DNA of 64,000 nt from Desulfurococcaceae archaeon (GTDB lineage Archaea; Thermoproteota; Thermoprotei_A; Sulfolobales; Desulfurococcaceae). A model generated the notes under the pieces. It was given only the letters and a program-made list of their open reading frames with translations, did no database searches and had not been told where the DNA came from. Position 1 is the first letter of the stretch. Every line of letters begins with the position of its first letter. The position numbers and the translations under genes are program-made. Of the stretch, positions 58,456-64,000 are shown one piece after another. The stretch covers positions 64,001 through 128,000 of the forward strand of contig JAWBBW010000002.1 of NCBI GenBank assembly GCA_038824035.1, read 5' to 3'.

Positions 58456-59334
58456 ATGATCTATATAGACATGGAAAGAGCGCTCACAATAGCCAGGTTA
58501 TTTGATAAAATACGTGATATCATACCTCAGCTCGAAATAAGAGACCCTCAATATCTTGCATTGAAAAAACTTATAAGTAAACGGGGATGTAATGAGGCAG
58601 CATTGTTGACTATATGTAATAGCTTAGTAAGCTATCAATTACTGATCCCAGGTGAAGAATATTGGTCATTGTTTGCAGATTACTTCTCAAGAATGCCAAG
58701 CACAAGCCTGATCGAAGATCTCCTCGAGTTCATGAAGGCGAATAACTATAGGTTTTTAACGAATAAGATAAATAGGGTTAAAAGATTTTTGTACTCAAAT
58801 CTAGCTCATAGACTGAGAGATAATGGTCTAGGGTTCTGTGAAAACCCATGTTCATTGTATAAAGACTTATTAGTAGAACTGAAGGCGGATAAGTATTCGA
58901 AAACCATAGCATTTGCGATCAAAATGTACACTTACCTATGTGATATCTGCGGAGTTAAGGTTAATTCGTTTCTCGATATACCTCTCCCGTTAGATCGTAG
59001 GAACGTGTTATTCTCGATCACGAGTTGTCTCGTCAAGGGCTGTAATTCCGTGGCCACATGCACTAGTATTCTATATAAAGAAAATAAGCTCAAAGAGATG
59101 CTCCTAAAGACTTGGAACAATATATGCAGGTTATCGGGAATTCCGTGTATAAAAATAGATGTTTTTACATGGTTGTTTACCGGTGTTTTGGAGAAAGTAA
59201 GATTTAACGCTAACAAGGTTATTCAAGTATTTAGAGAAAAATATGAGGTAGAAATACCGTTTGAGGTAGTTTACGAGTTCTCTAGATGTGGGGGTTTACA
59301 TGAATGCACTAGAAATACTGGAAAATATCGCTAA
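58456..59334 (+). CDS. AGOG-type 8-oxoguanine DNA glycosylase/lyase
   Basis: DPQY, NSLVSYQL..GEEYW, KTIAFAIKM, IPLPLD. Confidence 0.88.
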   Translation: MIYIDMERALTIARLFDKIRDIIPQLEIRDPQYLALKKLISKRGCNEAALLTICNSLVSYQLLIPGEEYWSLFADYFSRMPSTSLIEDLLEFMKANNYRFLTNKINRVKRFLYSNLAHRLRDNGLGFCENPCSLYKDLLVELKADKYSKTIAFAIKMYTYLCDICGVKVNSFLDIPLPLDRRNVLFSITSCLVKGCNSVATCTSILYKENKLKEMLLKTWNNICRLSGIPCIKIDVFTWLFTGVLEKVRFNANKVIQVFREKYEVEIPFEVVYEFSRCGGLHECTRNTGKYR

Positions 59335-59893
59335 AGCTATATACGATAATTCATTTGACCATGGATTACCCCATGTAGAAAGGGTGTTGAAATGGACTTA
59401 TAGAATTATTGAGGCAGAGAAATTGGAAATAGATGAGGAGATATTGAGGCTTTCCGTGTACCTACACGATATAGGACGAGTGATCGGAGAACCACATGGT
59501 CATTACTCTATGATGATCGCGGAGGAATTGATGCGAGAAATCGGCTATAATGAGGACTATATAATGAGAGTGCTAAATGCCATAGCTTATCATAGTTTTA
59601 GTTTCAGTAAACACTATAAAATAGAGCCCCTGTGCGAAGAAGCCAAGATCCTGAGCGACGCTGATAAAATAGATGCACTTGGGATCGTAGGCCTCTTACG
59701 TGTTTTTTCGTATTCATTTAAGTTAAATAGGAATATGCAAGACACGCTTGAACATTTTTACGAAAAGATCTTCAATTTGGAAAAGTATATGCATTATAAT
59801 TTTTCTAAGAGAATTGCAAGAGTGTATATTACTAGAATTAAATTAATCTTAAGGGCGCTCGTTGAAGAAATCTCGGGGGTATTTTATCGATAA
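59288..59893 (+). CDS. HD-domain phosphohydrolase
   Basis: HGLPHVERV, LHDIGR, DADKIDALG. Confidence 0.92.
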   Translation: MGVYMNALEILENIAKAIYDNSFDHGLPHVERVLKWTYRIIEAEKLEIDEEILRLSVYLHDIGRVIGEPHGHYSMMIAEELMREIGYNEDYIMRVLNAIAYHSFSFSKHYKIEPLCEEAKILSDADKIDALGIVGLLRVFSYSFKLNRNMQDTLEHFYEKIFNLEKYMHYNFSKRIARVYITRIKLILRALVEEISGVFYR

Positions 59894-59941
59894 TTAACTA
59901 TATTATTAACCTCAATTACCTAAAATCTTATTATTGACAGG

Positions 59942-60823
59942 GTGTACTTATTGAATACCAGCTTAACAATAGCAAGACAGTTAATTCATGGCGCCATTAA
60001 AGGCCTGAACGCTTACATAAAGCCAGGTGGACTTCATAGGATCAAGCCCAAAAGAGTGTTCGATGAAATAATATGTAATTTGATAACGACTCTAGATAGT
60101 GTAGTGGAGGGTATTGAACTGGGTGATAAAATTCGAAAAGGGGAATTGTCACTGGCCGGTTTAGATCAAGGTAAGCTATTATCAAAGGCGATAAGAGAAA
60201 TATATAGAAATTGTAATGTTGTTCACCCACAATATGTAATACCACTGATAGTGGGCGGTATTGCCATAGGGTTAAGTAATGCCGAAAATATATTAGAGGA
60301 TTGGGGTAAGTTGAAAAAAGCCATGGATATGATATGTTCTATTAACAGATGGAATGAGTTGAAACAATTGATCGAAACCCTGAGAGCTGTGGGAAGAGTT
60401 GACATGTATGAACACTTGCAATCAACAGGTATTTCTCAAATAACAATAATTCGAATGGGAGCGTCTTTCGACGACTTATATAGGGTTCTAAGTTCTAAAT
60501 GGCCGGGTTTCTCTGTGATAGAATCCCGCGAAAACATATTATACAATAATATTAAAAGACTAGTAGATATTAACCGGGAATATCAAAGCTTGAACCACAG
60601 CATTATAGCACTATACATGGAAATGATAGAATCCAGGGTCCCTGTTAATCTAAAGAATAAGTTGCATGAGGTGCGTAAATATAAATATATGCAAACAGCA
60701 GAAGGAGTTAAAATGCTCTACGAACTCGATATATTATTCAAAAAGAATGGAATATCGTTCGAGGATGTCACAGAGGTCATAACTATGCTCTCCGCTTATG
60801 CATCTTTCGAGGGGTTGAAATAG
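59942..60823 (+). CDS. CitG-like (triphosphoribosyl-dephospho-CoA synthase family), divergent
   Basis: KPGGLHR resembles CitG KPGNVHR; the remainder is weakly conserved. Confidence 0.5.
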   Translation: MYLLNTSLTIARQLIHGAIKGLNAYIKPGGLHRIKPKRVFDEIICNLITTLDSVVEGIELGDKIRKGELSLAGLDQGKLLSKAIREIYRNCNVVHPQYVIPLIVGGIAIGLSNAENILEDWGKLKKAMDMICSINRWNELKQLIETLRAVGRVDMYEHLQSTGISQITIIRMGASFDDLYRVLSSKWPGFSVIESRENILYNNIKRLVDINREYQSLNHSIIALYMEMIESRVPVNLKNKLHEVRKYKYMQTAEGVKMLYELDILFKKNGISFEDVTEVITMLSAYASFEGLK

Positions 60824-60824
60824 C

Positions 60825-61520
60825 TTATATTGTTATACCAACTATTCTGCCTCTCGCCGGTAACGACACGTTATATATCTTTACATCATTGATCTCAATC
60901 ATTTCGATCCTGCCTTGATGAGCATGCCCATGTATTACTAGATCAACTAATTTCTTATCAATAATTGTTTTCCCGAGATTTTGCGATGCCAAGAACGGGT
61001 ATATAGAGACAGGTTCTCCTACTAGGTTTTTATAGGTCACACCGTAATGAGATATTAATATTGTTATTGAGCAATCCTTGTTCTTAGCTAAGTGGATCAA
61101 TTCTAGTAACTTATGTGGAAGAGAGCGATAATGTTTTTCAAGCCCTGGTAAATTTTTACGTTGCCATGTAGTCAATTCGTCAAGAGCGCCTCTAGTTCCT
61201 ACGAAACATATGTTTTTTGTCCCCACGTTCACTAACATGTATTCATCTTTTAGCCAGTTTATACATGGATATTCTCTTTTATACCTATCTTCAAAACCCC
61301 AATATTCTTCGTTTCCATAAACCGCTATCATTAATGTACCTGGAAATCTCTTCTTGACAAGCTCGTAAATGGGTTTTAATGCATAGATGTTGTTCCTTTC
61401 CACCATGTCGCCGGCGAATATAAAGACGTTTGGCTCTTCTCTTATTTCCTCTATAGCTTTCATGAACATATTCAAATATCTAGGACTATGCACATCCGAA
61501 GTAGCCAATATGCGAACCAA
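60825..61520 (-). CDS. Calcineurin-like metallophosphoesterase
   Basis: SDVH, AGD, GNEE, SHY, HGHAH. Confidence 0.9.
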   Translation of the reverse strand: MVRILATSDVHSPRYLNMFMKAIEEIREEPNVFIFAGDMVERNNIYALKPIYELVKKRFPGTLMIAVYGNEEYWGFEDRYKREYPCINWLKDEYMLVNVGTKNICFVGTRGALDELTTWQRKNLPGLEKHYRSLPHKLLELIHLAKNKDCSITILISHYGVTYKNLVGEPVSIYPFLASQNLGKTIIDKKLVDLVIHGHAHQGRIEMIEINDVKIYNVSLPARGRIVGITI

Positions 61521-61578
61521 GACCTCTCCCTTATTTTTAAATCCTTAATCCCATGTTAAATGATAAAGGGGTGATATC

Positions 61579-61815
61579 ATGACTATTGGCATGCTTAAGG
61601 GTGCAAATAAAGCCGGTCATAAGGGATGGACAACAGAGAAATGTATATTATGTTCAACAGTACTGGATTTCTTTGTCAGCTATGATACCAAGAACATATA
61701 TTATTGCCCTAAGTGCCTAGAGCAAGGCATAAAGGCATATTTCTGCGTTGCTGATGCCCGGAAAGTTCACTATAGATGTCCTTATTGTAAAACGGAGCTA
61801 AGACAGTATTTCTAA
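61579..61815 (+). CDS. Small multi-Cys zinc-finger protein
   Basis: CILC, CPKC, C, CPYC. Confidence 0.75.
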   Translation: MTIGMLKGANKAGHKGWTTEKCILCSTVLDFFVSYDTKNIYYCPKCLEQGIKAYFCVADARKVHYRCPYCKTELRQYF

Positions 61816-62045
61816 GACTCTAAATGCTTTTGTCGAATATCCTCGGAGTTGTTGATCAGTATTTTTATAGCTCTTGTAGGACATAGCGGTACACATCCAT
61901 AACACTCTATACAGTTGTCTTCATGTACAATAATTTCGTTTTCTTCGAATCTAAACACACCCGTTGGACAATGATATACACACAACATGCACTTATTACA
62001 TCTATCGGTATCTACCTTGATTTTAACCATAGGGGTTATCCTCAA
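61812..62045 (-). CDS. 2x[4Fe-4S] ferredoxin-like protein
   Basis: Two CxxCxxCxxxCP motifs. Confidence 0.9.
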   Translation of the reverse strand: MRITPMVKIKVDTDRCNKCMLCVYHCPTGVFRFEENEIIVHEDNCIECYGCVPLCPTRAIKILINNSEDIRQKHLES

Positions 62046-62130
62046 ATATCGTGATTATATTGATATTATAATCCCTGAGCAAGTAAAATTATCACATTGT
62101 ACTCAAAATTAATAATGGTGATCCAGTGAA

Positions 62131-62796
62131 ATGGCGTTAATAAAAGCGGATCTCCATATACATTCTATTTACAGCGATGGCAAAGGAAGCCCCATTGAAA
62201 TACTTCACACCTCTATGAGCAAAAATATAGGTATAATTTCAATAACAGATCACGACACATTTGAGGGTAGTATTAAGGCACGCGCCCTCTCAAAAAATAA
62301 GGAATTACCCCTCGTCATTCTAGGTATCGAGATGAGAACAGATAAAGGCGATATATTGGTATATTGCATAAACCAAGTGAATCTACCTAAAAGACTAGAT
62401 GATTTAATCGATAAGGCCCACGATGAAAATTGTCTAATAGTTCCAGCCCACCCATTCGATATTTTCAAGCTAGGGATCGGAGATGAGATCTTCAATTATA
62501 GAGATTGGGATGCCATAGAGATTTGGAATGCCACTGCATCTAAGGGTTCGAATTACGAGGCTATTAGGGCCGCTAAGCTTTTAGAGAAGCCTGGTATAGC
62601 TAATAGTGATGCCCACGTATTAGAGGCCATAGGGGTCGCTCACACGATCATAGAAATAGACGATCTAAAGCCGGAACTTGTCTTAGAGGCTATAAGGAAA
62701 AATAATGTAAGGCCAATATTCGGTACATTATCAACTAAGACATATGCCAAAATGCTTGCATGGGGTCTGGAACGAAGAATTAGGAAAATCTTTTAA
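62131..62796 (+). CDS. PHP-domain phosphoesterase
   Basis: DLHIHS.YSDG, ITDHD, AHPF, NSDAH. Confidence 0.92.
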   Translation: MALIKADLHIHSIYSDGKGSPIEILHTSMSKNIGIISITDHDTFEGSIKARALSKNKELPLVILGIEMRTDKGDILVYCINQVNLPKRLDDLIDKAHDENCLIVPAHPFDIFKLGIGDEIFNYRDWDAIEIWNATASKGSNYEAIRAAKLLEKPGIANSDAHVLEAIGVAHTIIEIDDLKPELVLEAIRKNNVRPIFGTLSTKTYAKMLAWGLERRIRKIF

Positions 62797-64000
62797 TTCA
62801 AGACCTGTAAGTATATACCACCCCCTATGTCGATAACTCCCCCTGATGGTTTGACATCATATAGCTCTACTTTTTCCAGTCGATGTAGATCGATCAATTC
62901 CTGTACAACGCTCTGGAGATCTCTTGGAATAAATACTAACGCCTTAAGTGGTTGTGAAAGCTTCATGCCAGATCTCTTTTTATATGTCCATATAGCTGAG
63001 TTAGCTTTCTGAACCTTCCATGCCAATTCAACATCTGTTGTTAAGTATTTCTCCTCAATTTTGGGGAACAACTGAGCATGTACAGAAGTACCGTACATCT
63101 CCCTATAAATAGCATCTGTTATAAATGGCATAATTGGAGACAGCATTATCAGTAATCTCTTCAGTACATAGTGCAGTGTATACCAAACTGCTTTTTGCTC
63201 CTCAGCTGAATATTTACCATCTCTGTTATAAGCACGTGACTTGGTTAATTCTATATAATGTGAGGCAAAGTAATTCCACATAAACTGATATAGTTCATTG
63301 ATAGGTACATATACATCCAACTCGCTATATGCTTTATCCACTATGTTTATTATATTGTTCAGTAAAGCTAATGTTACCTTATCAATATCTCTAAACTTGC
63401 ACTCATCTTCATTTGGTTCAGGAAAACTTGATATATATCTCGCAATGTTCCATAGTTTTGTGGCAAACAGTAATCCCGCTTTGACAACATTTTCGTTAAA
63501 CCTGTAATCATAGCCCAATTTAGCACTTATTGCTGCCCAATATCTGAACGCGTCTGCTCCATATTTTTCAATAATGGGGTCAGGATCTATTACATTGCCC
63601 TTTGATTTATGCATGGCCTCTCCTTTCTCATCTAATCCCATTCCAGTTAAACGTACCCATTTAAACGCTGGCTTACCGAGTAATTGATAAACTCTGAGTA
63701 TTGTGTAGTAAAGCCATGTCCTTATGATATCTACTCCTTGTGGCCTAATTGTATTTTTAAAAGCTTTCTCGAATAATACGTTATTCCTCATATAACCGGT
63801 TACATATAAAACACTTATACTGCTGTCAAACCATGTATCAAATACTTTCTTTTCTCCTTTCAAATACTCTCTTGGAGCATTGCATATAGGGCATTTATCC
63901 CAAGGCGGTGGGTCTATCCATGGCCTATAATATTTACCGGGTTCTGGTATCAATGCATTTCCACATTTCTCACATCTCCACAGTGGTACTTCTGTCGCGT
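62793..64000 (-). CDS. valS: Valyl-tRNA synthetase (5' partial, frame open to window edge)
   Basis: ATEVPLWRC, VFDTWFDSS, RPQGVDIIRTW, AMHKSKGN (KMSKS variant), YGADAFR. Confidence 0.93.
   Translation of the reverse strand, partial: ATEVPLWRCEKCGNALIPEPGKYYRPWIDPPPWDKCPICNAPREYLKGEKKVFDTWFDSSISVLYVTGYMRNNVLFEKAFKNTIRPQGVDIIRTWLYYTILRVYQLLGKPAFKWVRLTGMGLDEKGEAMHKSKGNVIDPDPIIEKYGADAFRYWAAISAKLGYDYRFNENVVKAGLLFATKLWNIARYISSFPEPNEDECKFRDIDKVTLALLNNIINIVDKAYSELDVYVPINELYQFMWNYFASHYIELTKSRAYNRDGKYSAEEQKAVWYTLHYVLKRLLIMLSPIMPFITDAIYREMYGTSVHAQLFPKIEEKYLTTDVELAWKVQKANSAIWTYKKRSGMKLSQPLKALVFIPRDLQSVVQELIDLHRLEKVELYDVKPSGGVIDIGGGIYLQVLN

Noticed and set aside
857-63507. Numerous 60-170 aa ORFs antisense to or nested in recognised genes (e.g. 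857-1378, 16217-16672, 52029-52475, 54640-55101)
   Set aside because: Shadow frames of well-supported genes, with no motifs of their own
1-64000. CRISPR array, cas genes, transposases, rRNA genes
   Set aside because: No regularly spaced repeats, no such protein motifs, and no long GC-rich structural RNA seen

Overview
AT-rich archaeal chromosome segment. Gene content points to a crenarchaeon, most consistent with Desulfurococcales (Rpo13, rpS26e, Elf1, PolB1, AGOG, structural tRNA-splicing endonuclease subunit). It is mostly core housekeeping: rps24e-rps27ae-KEOPS; rps15-Cdc45/GAN-pcc1-rps3ae; the rpl15e-RNase P-proteasome-exosome-prefoldin superoperon, interrupted by tRNA-Leu and galT/galK; EF-2, PolB1, PCNA, a 2-oxoacid:ferredoxin oxidoreductase operon, RadA, ThrRS, Topo VI, a three-gene type IV pilus-like locus, RtcB/HisRS and partial ValRS. 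I found three tRNAs (two with 37/38 introns), six C/D-box sRNA candidates, and two small genes missing from the ORF track (rps27ae and a CdrS-like RHH regulator). I saw no CRISPR array, transposase, integrase or provirus, and no wholly new multi-gene system is demonstrable from the sequence. The best leads are: guide RNAs predicted to hit the same rRNA positions as eukaryotic U18 and snR38; a guide complementary to the tRNA-Pro encoded in this window; a tRNA intron carrying a near-copy of its own D-loop; a Pop5 with a membrane anchor; an ASCH-HTH/Zn-ribbon pair; a probable AdoMetDC pseudo-enzyme; and a minimal pilus locus. All family assignments come from motif recognition by eye, and all rRNA targets are recalled from conserved sequence. 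Neither comes from database searches.
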